Shown in pieces: positions 7,844-16,939 of a stretch of DNA of 50,194 bases. Position numbers and translations under genes: made by a program. Each line of letters begins with the position of its first letter. Position 1 is the first letter of the stretch. Below the pieces are notes generated by a model, which was given only the letters and a program-made list of their open reading frames with translations, was not told where the DNA came from and searched no databases. Origin of the DNA: a virus. Taxonomy: Duplodnaviria; Caudoviricetes. The stretch lies in IMG/VR virus record IMGVR_UViG_3300037439_000134, positions 1 through 50,194 of that record; one strand, written 5' to 3'.

Positions 7844-8242
7844 ATGTCTAGAATACACGGTCGACGCGGCAGGGTGTACATGGCACTTGCCAGCGGTGGC
7901 ACCGCGCAGCCGATCGCGTTCCTGAGCAGCTACTCGATCAACTTCGCCACCGAGAAGGCGGAGGTCACGGCGTTCGGCGACGACAACAAGGTGTATGTGT
8001 CCGGCCTGCCCGACGCCAGTGGTGAGTTCGCCGGGTTCTACGACGACGCGACGGTGCAGACCTACACCGCCGCGCTGGACGGGGTGAAGCGGAAGTTCTA
8101 CCTTTACCCGGACAACAGCAGCAACGGCAAGTACTGGCACGGGGAGATCCTGCCGGACTTCTCGGTGAACGGGGCCGTCAACGGCGCGGTGCAGATCACC
8201 TCGTCGTGGAACGCTTCGAGTCCCATCGTCAAGGTGGGCTAG
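7844..8242 (+). CDS. Major tail (tube) protein
   Basis: AEVTAFGDDNKVYVSGLPDASGEFAGFYD is typical of siphophage tube proteins; position. Confidence 0.8.
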   Translation: MSRIHGRRGRVYMALASGGTAQPIAFLSSYSINFATEKAEVTAFGDDNKVYVSGLPDASGEFAGFYDDATVQTYTAALDGVKRKFYLYPDNSSNGKYWHGEILPDFSVNGAVNGAVQITSSWNASSPIVKVG

Positions 8243-8712
8243 TGGGCATCGAGGTCCGCAACGTCGAAGTGCTGGAGCGGGCCGGCCGGGCGTTGCGTGG
8301 CGCGGACAAGCACTTCCGGCGGGAGCTGTTCCGTGGGCTGAACACCGCGTCCAAGCCGCTTCGTGAGGCGGTCCAGGAGTCCATCCCGGACTACATGCCG
8401 AACCGTGGCGGCTACGCCAAGACGCTGCAGGCCTCCCACAGTCCGCGGACGCAGGTCAAGACCGGCGGCCGTGACCCGTCCATCCGCATCATCAGCCGCA
8501 CCAAGGGCGGGGTGAAGCGGAAGGTGAAGGCGCTGGAGGCCGGCAAGCTGAGCCACCCGGTGTTCGGCAACCGGCGGGTGTGGCGCACCCAGTCTGTCAA
8601 GCCCGGCTTCTTCACCGAGCCCATGATGGACAAGGCTGACGACGTGCGGGACGAGATGGTGGACGCGATCGGCCGGGTCCAGGACCGGATCAGGGCGGAG
8701 ATACCCGGATGA
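8242..8712 (+). CDS. Basic HK97 gp10-like tail completion protein
   Basis: TAGTG coupling; basic; HPVFGNRRVWRTQSVKPGFF motif. Confidence 0.6.
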   Translation: MGIEVRNVEVLERAGRALRGADKHFRRELFRGLNTASKPLREAVQESIPDYMPNRGGYAKTLQASHSPRTQVKTGGRDPSIRIISRTKGGVKRKVKALEAGKLSHPVFGNRRVWRTQSVKPGFFTEPMMDKADDVRDEMVDAIGRVQDRIRAEIPG

Positions 8713-9125
8713 TGCGCTTCGAGTTCCGGTTCACCCCGCCGGACCGGGAGCGGTACGGGGACGGCACCTACGGCCTGGACGTGTCTCCCGACGGGCTGGG
8801 CAAGGTGCCCCTGGGGCTGCTGGAGCGCTTCGAGGACAGCACCGGCATGAAGGTGTTAGGCGACTGGCTGGACCGGCTGGGAACCAACGACCTGCGGGCG
8901 ATGAGGGCCTACCTGTGGCTGTCGCGGCTGGTGGCCGAGCCGGGCTGGGCGGTCGCGTTCGACGACTTCGAGCCGAACGTGATCGGCACGGTCACCGGTC
9001 CCGACTTCCGGTATATCCAGGACGCGGAGGGAAAACCGACGCGGCGGGCTCCGAAGAAGACGGCGTCCCGGAGTCGCTCCGGGAGCTCCTCGCCGGCGGC
9101 CCGCCGCCGTGGCTCCGAGAGCTGA
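8709..9125 (+). CDS. Tail assembly chaperone (G form)
   Basis: Lies between tail tube and tape measure genes and contains a slippery heptamer. Confidence 0.75.
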   Translation: MMRFEFRFTPPDRERYGDGTYGLDVSPDGLGKVPLGLLERFEDSTGMKVLGDWLDRLGTNDLRAMRAYLWLSRLVAEPGWAVAFDDFEPNVIGTVTGPDFRYIQDAEGKPTRRAPKKTASRSRSGSSSPAARRRGSES

Positions 9126-9265
9126 TCGCCTCCTACGACATCGCCATGGAGAACGCTTTCCGGCTGCATCCGTGGGACATCCGCCGGTTGACGTTCGACG
9201 AGTTCCGCCGGCGGGCGGAGTACCTGATCGAGTTGGCCGAGGCGCGCAGGGAGGGTGAGAGATGA
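8709..9265 (+). CDS. Tail assembly chaperone, -1 frameshift product (GT form)
   Basis: The -1 frame after 9035 reads ...AFRLHPWDIRRLTFDEF... and ends overlapping the TMP start. Confidence 0.75.
9029..9035 (+). other. Programmed -1 frameshift site G GGA AAA
   Basis: In-frame X XXY YYZ heptamer in the chaperone gene. Confidence 0.85.
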
Positions 9266-11151
9266 CCCAACCGCTGGCGTTCGACATCATCGCCCGCGAC
9301 CGGGCGAGCCAGACCACCCAGCGCATCGGCAAGGGGTTCAGCAACCTGGGCGCCACGACGAAGGGCATCTTCGCCGGGATGGGTGCGGCGGTCGGCTTCT
9401 TCGCGCTGAACCAGCTCAGCAACGCCGCCCGGGCCGTCAAGGACTTCGTGGCTGACGGCATTCGCCAGTTCGCCGAGTTCGACCGTGGTATGCGTGAGGT
9501 GTGGACGCTGCTGCCGGACCTGTCCGCCAGCGCGTTCAAGGATCTGTCGGGTGACGTCCGCGGTTTCGTGACCGAGATGGGAATCGCGCACTCGGAGGCC
9601 GTGCCGGCGCTGTACCAGGCCATTTCGGCCGGTGTTCCGCAGGACAACGTCTTCGACTTCCTCACCACGGCCGCCAAGTTCTCCATCGGTGGGGTTACCT
9701 CGCTGGAGACCGCGGTCGATGGCCTGACCAGCGTTACCAACGCCTACGGGCGCGAGCTGCTGTCGGCGCAGGAAGCCAGCGACATCTTCTTCACCACCGT
9801 CCGACTTGGAAAGACGAACGCTCAGCAGCTGTCGGCGTCGCTGTTCCAGGTGATCCCCACCGCCGCGTCGCTGGGCATCTCGTTCCAGTCGGTGGGTGCC
9901 GCGCTCGCGGCCATCACGGCGCAGGGCGTGCCCACCACCGTGGCCACGACCCAGTTGCGGCAGCTGTTTGTCGAGTTGAACAAGGAGGGCGGCAAGACCG
10001 CCAGCACGTTCGATGACCTGGCCGGCAAGTCGTTCGCCAACTTCATCCGCGACGGTGGCTCGGTACAGGGCGCGCTGAAGCTGATGGCCGAGCACGCCAA
10101 GGACAGCGGCACCAGCTTGTCGAACCTGTTCGGCTCGGTCGAGGCGGGTAACGCGGCGCTGGCGCTGACCAGCAAGTCCGGCGCGAAGGCGTTCAACGGC
10201 GCCCTCGGTGAGATGCAGGACAGCGCCGGGGCGACCGATGAGGCGTTCGCCAAGATGGAGGGTGGCGTCGGCCGGTCCTGGGACAAGCTCAAGGTGCGGA
10301 TCGACGACTTCAAGATCGGCATCGGTGAGAAGCTGGCGCCGCATATCGAGCGTGTCCTGAACTGGCTCGGTGACATCGCCGCTGAGAACAAGGAGCTTGG
10401 CGAGAGCTTCGAGGAGCTGGGCGCGACCGCCGAGGACTCGTTCGGCGGCAAGGTGGTGCCGGCGCTGGAGGAGTTCGCCGCCGCGGTCTCCGAGATGACG
10501 CAGCAGAACAAGGGGTCGCTCAAGGAACTAACCCGGGCGACCGCGGTCGCGACCAAGATGCAGATCAACGCCTGGGTGGGCTTCGGTCACGTCCTGGTCG
10601 GCACCAAGGACATCACTGTCATCGCGCTGCGGGCGATGACGAACGCGGTGCTGTCCTGGGTGGAGTTCTTTGTCGGGGCCGCGGCCAAGGCGTTTGGCTG
10701 GGTTCCCGGGCTGGGGGGCAAGCTGCGCAAGGCCCGTGACGACGTGCGCCGGTTCCGGGACGACGTGAACCGGTTCCTGCGGGGCATCCAGTCCCGGAAG
10801 ACCATCAACGTGGTGACGCAGTTCTCAACCACGGGCACGCCACCGCCGGGCTACGCCGGTGGTGCGACCCGGACGTTCATGCAGCACGGCGGGCCGGTGG
10901 TGGGACCGACCGGGATAGACAAGGTACCGGCGATGCTGACCGCCGGAGAGTTCGTGGTGAACCGGGCGGCTGCTGCGGCTAACGACTCGCTGCTGCGCGC
11001 CATCAACGGTGGCGGGGGTTCGGCGACCAACGTCACCCTGAGCCAGTCGTTCAGCTCGTCGGGCCGGCGCGCTGAGGACTTCGTGATCGAGACGGTGCGC
11101 CGGGGGTTGCGGACCAACTCGGGGTTCCGGCGCGAGCTGGCGGCGGTGTGA
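9262..11151 (+). CDS. Tape measure protein (TP901-like, 629 aa)
   Basis: Ala-rich helical; ASDIFFTTVRLGKTN core; C-terminal DKVPAMLTAGEFVVN motif. Confidence 0.92.
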   Translation: MTQPLAFDIIARDRASQTTQRIGKGFSNLGATTKGIFAGMGAAVGFFALNQLSNAARAVKDFVADGIRQFAEFDRGMREVWTLLPDLSASAFKDLSGDVRGFVTEMGIAHSEAVPALYQAISAGVPQDNVFDFLTTAAKFSIGGVTSLETAVDGLTSVTNAYGRELLSAQEASDIFFTTVRLGKTNAQQLSASLFQVIPTAASLGISFQSVGAALAAITAQGVPTTVATTQLRQLFVELNKEGGKTASTFDDLAGKSFANFIRDGGSVQGALKLMAEHAKDSGTSLSNLFGSVEAGNAALALTSKSGAKAFNGALGEMQDSAGATDEAFAKMEGGVGRSWDKLKVRIDDFKIGIGEKLAPHIERVLNWLGDIAAENKELGESFEELGATAEDSFGGKVVPALEEFAAAVSEMTQQNKGSLKELTRATAVATKMQINAWVGFGHVLVGTKDITVIALRAMTNAVLSWVEFFVGAAAKAFGWVPGLGGKLRKARDDVRRFRDDVNRFLRGIQSRKTINVVTQFSTTGTPPPGYAGGATRTFMQHGGPVVGPTGIDKVPAMLTAGEFVVNRAAAAANDSLLRAINGGGGSATNVTLSQSFSSSGRRAEDFVIETVRRGLRTNSGFRRELAAV

Positions 11152-11152
11152 G

Positions 11153-11332
11153 CTACCCGCTCTGGTCCAGCTCGGACAGGCGGACGTTGACGTCTTCCAT
11201 GAACCGGACGGCGGCCTCGATGACGCCGGTCATCAGCAGGACTAGGAACACCACCAGCAGCACCGCGCCGATGGCCAGGGCGGCGAAGGTCTGGCGGGTG
11301 GCCGGGTCATTGGGGATGAGGGTGATGCGCAT
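11153..11332 (-). CDS. 59-aa single-TM protein, moron-like
   Basis: MRITLIPNDPATRQTFAALAIGAVLLVVFLVLLMTGVIEAAV...; fills the gap between TMP and the next tail gene. Confidence 0.55.
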   Translation of the reverse strand: MRITLIPNDPATRQTFAALAIGAVLLVVFLVLLMTGVIEAAVRFMEDVNVRLSELDQSG

Positions 11333-11425
11333 GACGGTCAGGATGTGGCCGGTGGCTGACCGTCGCCACCCGCTCCGCCGGGTTGACCGCATACCGCGTA
11401 CTCCGGCATACCGGGCGGCTGCCTG

Positions 11426-14260
11426 ATGGCGGGCGAGCTGGTCGACCGGACCGCCGAGCTGTCGTACGACGACGGCACCGGCGCGGCCTGGCATGACGTG
11501 TCCGCCGACGCGCTCAACCGCGACCCGGTGGTCATCACGCGGGGCATCGCGAACGAGGGCGGCAGCGCCGACCCCGGCCAGCTCGGGCTCAGCCTGTGGA
11601 ACGGCACGTCCAACGTAGAGCCGAGCGTCTCCGGCCGGTACGCCCCGCGCAACCCGCGCTCCGACCTTCACGGCCTGATCGGGCCGAACACGCCGGTGCG
11701 ACTGTCGGCCGGCCTGGTGGGCTCCGCGCAGACGGTGCGCATGGTAGGCGAGGCGGTGGCGTGGCCGACCCGCCGCGACGTGTCTGAAAGGGTCCGGTGG
11801 GTACCGTTCTCCGCGGCCGGTGTGCTGCGGCGGGTGGGCACCACCGCCGCGCCGATCCAGTCGGCGCTACGGCGCTACTTCCTGGCCATGGGCGACCGGC
11901 TGGTCGGCTACGTGCCGCTGGAGGACGGTGCCGACGTAGGCCGGACCGCCAACCTGGTGCCGGGGCAGACCGGCCCGCAGTACTTCACGACCCCGCCGGA
12001 GTTCGCCGCCGACGACACCCTCGCGGGGTCTCGGCCGTTGCCTGAGTGGCCGGTGCGTGACTATTTCGGCTGGTCCAGCGGCGGCAGTGTGGCGCCGCAC
12101 GTCCCGCCGTGGGCGGTGTACGTTCTGTTTCGCGCGCCGGCCGGCTCGGGCGAGTGCTGGCTGTGCGAGTGGCAGACCGACGGCGAGGATACCGACTGGG
12201 CGCTCAAGATCAGCTCGGGTGGCAAGCTCCAGGTGGTCACGAACAACGACGCCGGCACCGGCGTCACGCACACGTCCACAGGGGCCAGCGTGGACGACGG
12301 GGAGTGGCAGCTCGGCGGGGTGGTGGCGCACCAGTCCGGCGGAACGCAGGTGGTGTACCTGCTGTCGCACGCCGGCGGGGTGGCCGCGGTGGAGGGGTTC
12401 GCCTCCGGTGCCGTGGTGGGCCGGGTGACGCGGATCCGCCCTCGGCCGATGTTCGCCTCACCGTCCGGCAAGGACCCGATCGGGCTCGGCCACGCCGTGG
12501 TGATGGCGGACCCGTTCGACGTGATCCTGAGGCGGACGCTGCTGGACCTGGCCGACAGTGCCGTCACGCCGCTGGACGGGTGGACGGGCGAGCCGGCGTT
12601 GGACCGCACGGACCGGCTGTGCCTGGCCGAAGGGGTGGACCTGTCCTCGGGCATGGTGGTCGCGGCGGACGAGTTCGGGCGGACGGAGTCCAGCGGCTGG
12701 GACGCAGCCGACGAGGGCGGCACCTGGTCCCACGACGGTGGCGACCTGGCCGACTACACCGTCACCCCGGGTGAGGCGCTGGTCGACATCGACACCCTCG
12801 ACTCGGGCAGGCAGTCCACCCTGGCCGTGAACCAGCAGGACGTGGACGAGACGGTCCTGTTCCGCGCCACCGAGCTGGTGACCGGCACGGGTGGCGAGAT
12901 GGCCGCCGTGGTGGTGGCGCGCGTGCTGGACGCGAGCAACCGGGTGAACTTCTCCACCAGGTGGTTTCCCAGCGGCGTGGTCACCGGGGCTATCTCGGTG
13001 GTGGTGGCGGGCACCCCCACGTTGCTGGCGCTGACGGCCGGCACGCAGGTGGCCTATGACGACACGACCGTGGTGGCGGTGCGGGCGCAGGCCCGCGGCA
13101 ACCTGCTGCGGATGAAGCTGTGGGATGTGACCGCGCCGCAGCCGGCGCTGTGGTCGGTCCAGGCCACGGACAGCTCGTTGGTTGCCGGCGGTGCGGTCGG
13201 GGTGCGGGCTTCGCTGAACGCCTCGGCCACGAACACGCTGCCGGTGACGTTGGCGGTGCGTAGCTTCGCGGCGTCCACCGCGCCGGAGTCGGCGCCGCTG
13301 GGTCCGCAGCCGGTCGGCGAGTTCCTGGACGTGCTGGCGGACGCGGTGAAGGTGGAGGCGGCCGGCAGCCGCGCGCCGGTGCTGGTGGAGCGGCGGGAGG
13401 CGGCCGGTCTGCGGTTCAACCCGCTGGTGTCCCTGTATCTGCCGCGCACCGCGGACCTCACCCTGGACTGGGCCGAGGCGCACGTGTCGCCGCCGTTCGA
13501 CGGCGAGCCGGATGACCTGGGCATGGCCAACGACGTGACGGCCAAACGGACCCGGGGCGGTAGCTACCGGGTGGTCATCCCGGATGGTCCACGCGGGACG
13601 GTGAAGGCCGGGACGGTGCCGCGGGAGGAAGACTACGGCACCATGTCCGACCTGCTGCTGCCGTCCATCGCTGGCTGGTGGGCGTGGCACGGCACGCACG
13701 ATGAGGACCGGTATCCGAGCATAAGGATCAATGTCCGGTCGCTGTCGCTGCGTACGGACGGGGCGGCGCTGGTGGCCGCGGTCCAGGCGCTGGACCCGGG
13801 CGCGCTGGTCGTCATCGAGAACCCGCCGGACGACATGCCGGGCGAGCAGATCGAGCAGATCGTCCTGGGCGTCACCGAGACCATCACGGCCGACGAGTGG
13901 ACGATCGACCTTCACACCACCGCCGCCCGGCCGTTCCTCGTCGCCAAGGTCGGTGACGCCACCTACGGGATCACCGGCTCGGACTCGACCACACTGGACG
14001 AGGCGCTGGACACCACCGAGACCGGGGTGGACGTGGACTGCGGCGCCGGCGCGGACTGGGTGCACGAGGGCACCGACTACGACATCCAGATCGGCGGGGA
14101 GCGGATGACGGTGACCGCGGTCGGCTCGGCCTCCGGCACCTTCCCTGCGCGTACGCAGACGCTGACGGTTACCCGCGGCGTCAACGGGATCGTGAAGTCG
14201 CACGCCACCGGGGCTCAGGTGCACATGTGGCACCGCACTGCGATCGGACCGTGGGGGTAG
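11426..14260 (+). CDS. Large multi-domain minor tail (tail tip) protein
   Basis: Follows TMP; YVPLEDG...DDGEWQLGGVV LamG/ConA-like segment; ANDVTAKR and YPSIRINV hub-like segments. Confidence 0.8.
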   Translation: MAGELVDRTAELSYDDGTGAAWHDVSADALNRDPVVITRGIANEGGSADPGQLGLSLWNGTSNVEPSVSGRYAPRNPRSDLHGLIGPNTPVRLSAGLVGSAQTVRMVGEAVAWPTRRDVSERVRWVPFSAAGVLRRVGTTAAPIQSALRRYFLAMGDRLVGYVPLEDGADVGRTANLVPGQTGPQYFTTPPEFAADDTLAGSRPLPEWPVRDYFGWSSGGSVAPHVPPWAVYVLFRAPAGSGECWLCEWQTDGEDTDWALKISSGGKLQVVTNNDAGTGVTHTSTGASVDDGEWQLGGVVAHQSGGTQVVYLLSHAGGVAAVEGFASGAVVGRVTRIRPRPMFASPSGKDPIGLGHAVVMADPFDVILRRTLLDLADSAVTPLDGWTGEPALDRTDRLCLAEGVDLSSGMVVAADEFGRTESSGWDAADEGGTWSHDGGDLADYTVTPGEALVDIDTLDSGRQSTLAVNQQDVDETVLFRATELVTGTGGEMAAVVVARVLDASNRVNFSTRWFPSGVVTGAISVVVAGTPTLLALTAGTQVAYDDTTVVAVRAQARGNLLRMKLWDVTAPQPALWSVQATDSSLVAGGAVGVRASLNASATNTLPVTLAVRSFAASTAPESAPLGPQPVGEFLDVLADAVKVEAAGSRAPVLVERREAAGLRFNPLVSLYLPRTADLTLDWAEAHVSPPFDGEPDDLGMANDVTAKRTRGGSYRVVIPDGPRGTVKAGTVPREEDYGTMSDLLLPSIAGWWAWHGTHDEDRYPSIRINVRSLSLRTDGAALVAAVQALDPGALVVIENPPDDMPGEQIEQIVLGVTETITADEWTIDLHTTAARPFLVAKVGDATYGITGSDSTTLDEALDTTETGVDVDCGAGADWVHEGTDYDIQIGGERMTVTAVGSASGTFPARTQTLTVTRGVNGIVKSHATGAQVHMWHRTAIGPWG

Positions 14261-14261
14261 C

Positions 14262-14693
14262 ATGGCGGGGACGCTCTATGTGGACGGACGTATCCCGGGG
14301 CAGCGGATCGCCACCACGGTGCGGACGTCCGACAGCTCCGCGTTCGTTTCCGAGACCGAGGTGGACTCGGTGACCGCCCCCCTTGTGTCCGGCCGTACCT
14401 ACCGCATCAGGCACGTGGCGAAGTTCTCCACGGACTCGGCCGACACCCTGGTGGTCAGCCGTATCCGGGAGGACAGCGTCACCGGTACGGCCCTGTCCAA
14501 CCACCAGACCAACATGGGCACCACAAGCGCCTTCGGCTTCACGCTTATCAACGAAGTGGAGTTCACCGCGACCGCGACCGCGAACAAGACGTTCTCGGCC
14601 ACCGGTAACCGTAACGGCGGGTCCGGGAACATCACCGCCGAGGCGACCGCGACCGCGCCCACCTACCTGTACGTGGACTACGTGGAGGGGTGA
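14262..14693 (+). CDS. Minor tail protein
   Basis: Thr/Ser-rich beta protein at the end of the tail module. Confidence 0.65.
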   Translation: MAGTLYVDGRIPGQRIATTVRTSDSSAFVSETEVDSVTAPLVSGRTYRIRHVAKFSTDSADTLVVSRIREDSVTGTALSNHQTNMGTTSAFGFTLINEVEFTATATANKTFSATGNRNGGSGNITAEATATAPTYLYVDYVEG

Positions 14694-14696
14694 GCT

Positions 14697-15650
14697 ATGC
14701 GTCTGCTGTGGTTGCCTGACGTCCTGCGCGACGCGGGCCTGACCGTCCGGGAGTACGATGGGTGGCGCACCCGGGGTGTGGATTCGTGGGGTCCGCTGCG
14801 GGGTGTGGTGTGCCACGCCACCGCCGGGTCCCGCACATCCACGGATGCCGGGGAGACGCGGGTCCTGTGGGTCACCGGCAGCCTGTCCGCCCCGGCGCCG
14901 ATCTCCCAGCTCTACCTGTCCCGCTCCGGCGAGTGGACGGTCGGCGCGTCCGGCCGCTGCAACCACGTGCTGGTCGGCGACAAAGGCCCGCACCGCGGTT
15001 TCGGCAACTCGTTCCTGATCGGCATCGAGGCGCAGAACGACAACCGGGGCGAGCCGTGGCCGGCGGCGCAGCTGCGCTCGTACGAGCGGGGAGTGGCGGC
15101 GATCTGCCGGCGAATGGGCTGGCCGGCGTCGGTGGTGGTGGCGCACCGCGAGCACCAGAGCGGCAAGTCCGACCCGCTCGGCATCGACATGACCGACTTC
15201 CGCCGCACCGTGGCGGAGCTGATCGAGGGAGACGAAGTGGCCATCACCGACGAGGACGTGGAACGTATCCGGCGCGCGATCTTCCAGACGCCGATGGACG
15301 TCCCCGGCGGAGGCGGCGAGGACGTGCCGTTCTTCACAGCCGTCAGGTTCGCCGCCGGGCGGGTGCTCCAGACCAAGGTGGCGGCCTACGCCACCCGGGA
15401 CGCGACGGAGGCGCTGCTGGCGCGGGCCGACGGGCTGGACACCGCCGCAGTGCTGGCCCGCATAGAGCAGCGCTCCGCCGAGGATGCCGCCCGCGATGCC
15501 GCGGTGCAGGAGGCGCTGGACGCGGCAGCGGCGGAGCGGCAGGCGATCCTGGATCTGGTCGCGCAGGCCGGCTCCGGTGAGCGGGACGCGGTGGCGGTGG
15601 TCGACGAGATCGGCCGCCGGCTGGCCGGTCTCGGCCAGTCGCCGGCCTGA
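14697..15650 (+). CDS. Endolysin, N-acetylmuramoyl-L-alanine amidase (Amidase_2)
   Basis: VVCHATAG, CNHVLVG, IGIEAQN and AHREHQSGKSDP Zn-amidase motifs; helical C-terminus. Confidence 0.9.
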   Translation: MRLLWLPDVLRDAGLTVREYDGWRTRGVDSWGPLRGVVCHATAGSRTSTDAGETRVLWVTGSLSAPAPISQLYLSRSGEWTVGASGRCNHVLVGDKGPHRGFGNSFLIGIEAQNDNRGEPWPAAQLRSYERGVAAICRRMGWPASVVVAHREHQSGKSDPLGIDMTDFRRTVAELIEGDEVAITDEDVERIRRAIFQTPMDVPGGGGEDVPFFTAVRFAAGRVLQTKVAAYATRDATEALLARADGLDTAAVLARIEQRSAEDAARDAAVQEALDAAAAERQAILDLVAQAGSGERDAVAVVDEIGRRLAGLGQSPA

Positions 15651-15871
15651 TGCTTGCCGACCTGCTGCCGGTCGCGGCCGAGGCCGGGCTGCTGGGCATC
15701 GTCGCCACCATCTTCGGCATGCTCCACCGGTCCGCCGTCACCGCCTACAAGCAGCAGACCGCCGACTGGCGGGAGACCGCCCGGCTGGAACGGCAGGCCC
15801 ACGAGCAGACCCGCCAGCAGCTGATGCACGTCCTGGCGCCGCTGCGCACCACGGCCGGGAACGCGTCGTGA
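15650..15871 (+). CDS. Single-TM lysis-cassette protein
   Basis: N-terminal TM plus coiled coil; TGATG coupling to endolysin. Confidence 0.65.
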   Translation: MLADLLPVAAEAGLLGIVATIFGMLHRSAVTAYKQQTADWRETARLERQAHEQTRQQLMHVLAPLRTTAGNAS

Positions 15872-16038
15872 TGGGCTGGCTGCGGCGGCACCGGCGAGGC
15901 AACGGCCGGGCGGCGCAGGCTGCCCGGCGGGACGCCCAGCGGCGGCTCGACGAGACGCGCCGCCGGCAGCCGGAGGTGGACCGGGCACACGACCGGCTGG
16001 CCCGGTGGGTGGACCAGGCGCTGGGGGGCCGCGCGTGA
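15871..16038 (+). CDS. Small basic lysis-cassette protein
   Basis: MGWLRRHRRGNG...; translationally coupled on both sides. Confidence 0.55.
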   Translation: MGWLRRHRRGNGRAAQAARRDAQRRLDETRRRQPEVDRAHDRLARWVDQALGGRA

Positions 16039-16322
16039 TCGGCGTGGTGGTGGCCGAGCTGGCGCTGCTGGTGGCGCTGCTGCTGGCGTTCGTGGCCGGC
16101 TACTCCCGCGGCCCGTGGCGGGCCACCCCGGTGGGCCGGCACCTGATGGCGATGGCGGGGGTGAGCCTGGCGGAGGCGCTGGGGCTGCTGGTGCTGGCCA
16201 CCGGCCACGCGCCGCCGCTGTGGGTGTACGTGGTGGTGTACGGGGCGGCGGACGCGGTGGTGGTGGGATGGCTGGTGCTGCTGTGGCGTGCCCGGCGTGG
16301 TGCCGTGCACGGAGAGGAGTGA
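16035..16322 (+). CDS. Putative holin (about 3 TM)
   Basis: Three hydrophobic segments, WRATPVGRHLM motif, basic C-terminus. Confidence 0.65.
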   Translation: MIGVVVAELALLVALLLAFVAGYSRGPWRATPVGRHLMAMAGVSLAEALGLLVLATGHAPPLWVYVVVYGAADAVVVGWLVLLWRARRGAVHGEE

Positions 16323-16324
16323 CT

Positions 16325-16576
16325 ATGGACGCGCAGATGCCGGACCCGGAGAGCCGAGAACCGCTGGCGAAGCCGGCGCTGTGGACCGCCGCGGCGACGT
16401 TCGCGGTGGACGTCGTGGTGGGGTACGGCCTGCCGGTCCCCGACAGGGCCGCGATCGGGATCATCGGCCTGGTGACTCTTGCCGGTCCGCTGCTGGTGTG
16501 GTGGTGGGGCCGGCGCCGGGCCTGGAGCGGCGCCACGGTGGCTGACATGGTGACCCGGCCGGCCGAGCGGCAGTGA
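16325..16576 (+). CDS. Putative holin-like protein (2 TM)
   Basis: SD GAGGAG; two hydrophobic segments followed by WWWGRRRAWS. Confidence 0.6.
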   Translation: MDAQMPDPESREPLAKPALWTAAATFAVDVVVGYGLPVPDRAAIGIIGLVTLAGPLLVWWWGRRRAWSGATVADMVTRPAERQ

Positions 16577-16845
16577 AGGCGCTGCTGGCCCGGTTCTGGC
16601 GCTCGCTGCGCCGCGACCCGGCCACCCGGTGGCGCACCGGGTTCCTGACGCTCACCGCGCTGGTGATCGGGCTGGAGCTGCGGGCCGCCACGGACGGCTC
16701 GCCGGCGACGGATCCGTGGACCGACCTGGTCGTGCGGCACGTACCGTGGGAGGTGACCGCTGCGGTCATCGGCGCGCTGGCTCTTTGGTTACCTGCCCAC
16801 TTCGGGATCCGGTACTGGCGGCGGCACCGGGCGGCGCGGGAGTAG
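16573..16845 (+). CDS. Membrane protein (2 TM)
   Basis: GTGA coupling; two hydrophobic stretches. Confidence 0.6.
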   Translation: MKALLARFWRSLRRDPATRWRTGFLTLTALVIGLELRAATDGSPATDPWTDLVVRHVPWEVTAAVIGALALWLPAHFGIRYWRRHRAARE

Positions 16846-16890
16846 AGACGTCCCACCCTCGGGGGGTGGGTCGGTGGTTGGCGGGGTGAT

Positions 16891-16934
16891 AGCGGCTCGG
16901 CCGGGGTGGTGGCCCCGGCCGGGCCGCTCTTTGT
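16891..16934 (+). terminator. Intrinsic terminator at the end of the late operon, between convergent genes
   Basis: AGCGGCTCGGCCGGGG-TGGTGG-CCCCGGCCGGGCCGCT 16-bp stem (one G:U) followed by CTTTGT. Confidence 0.75.
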
Positions 16935-16939
16935 CGCGC

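Noticed and set aside
11426-14693. Diversity-generating retroelement acting on tail genes
   Set aside because: No reverse transcriptase and no template/variable repeat pair seen.
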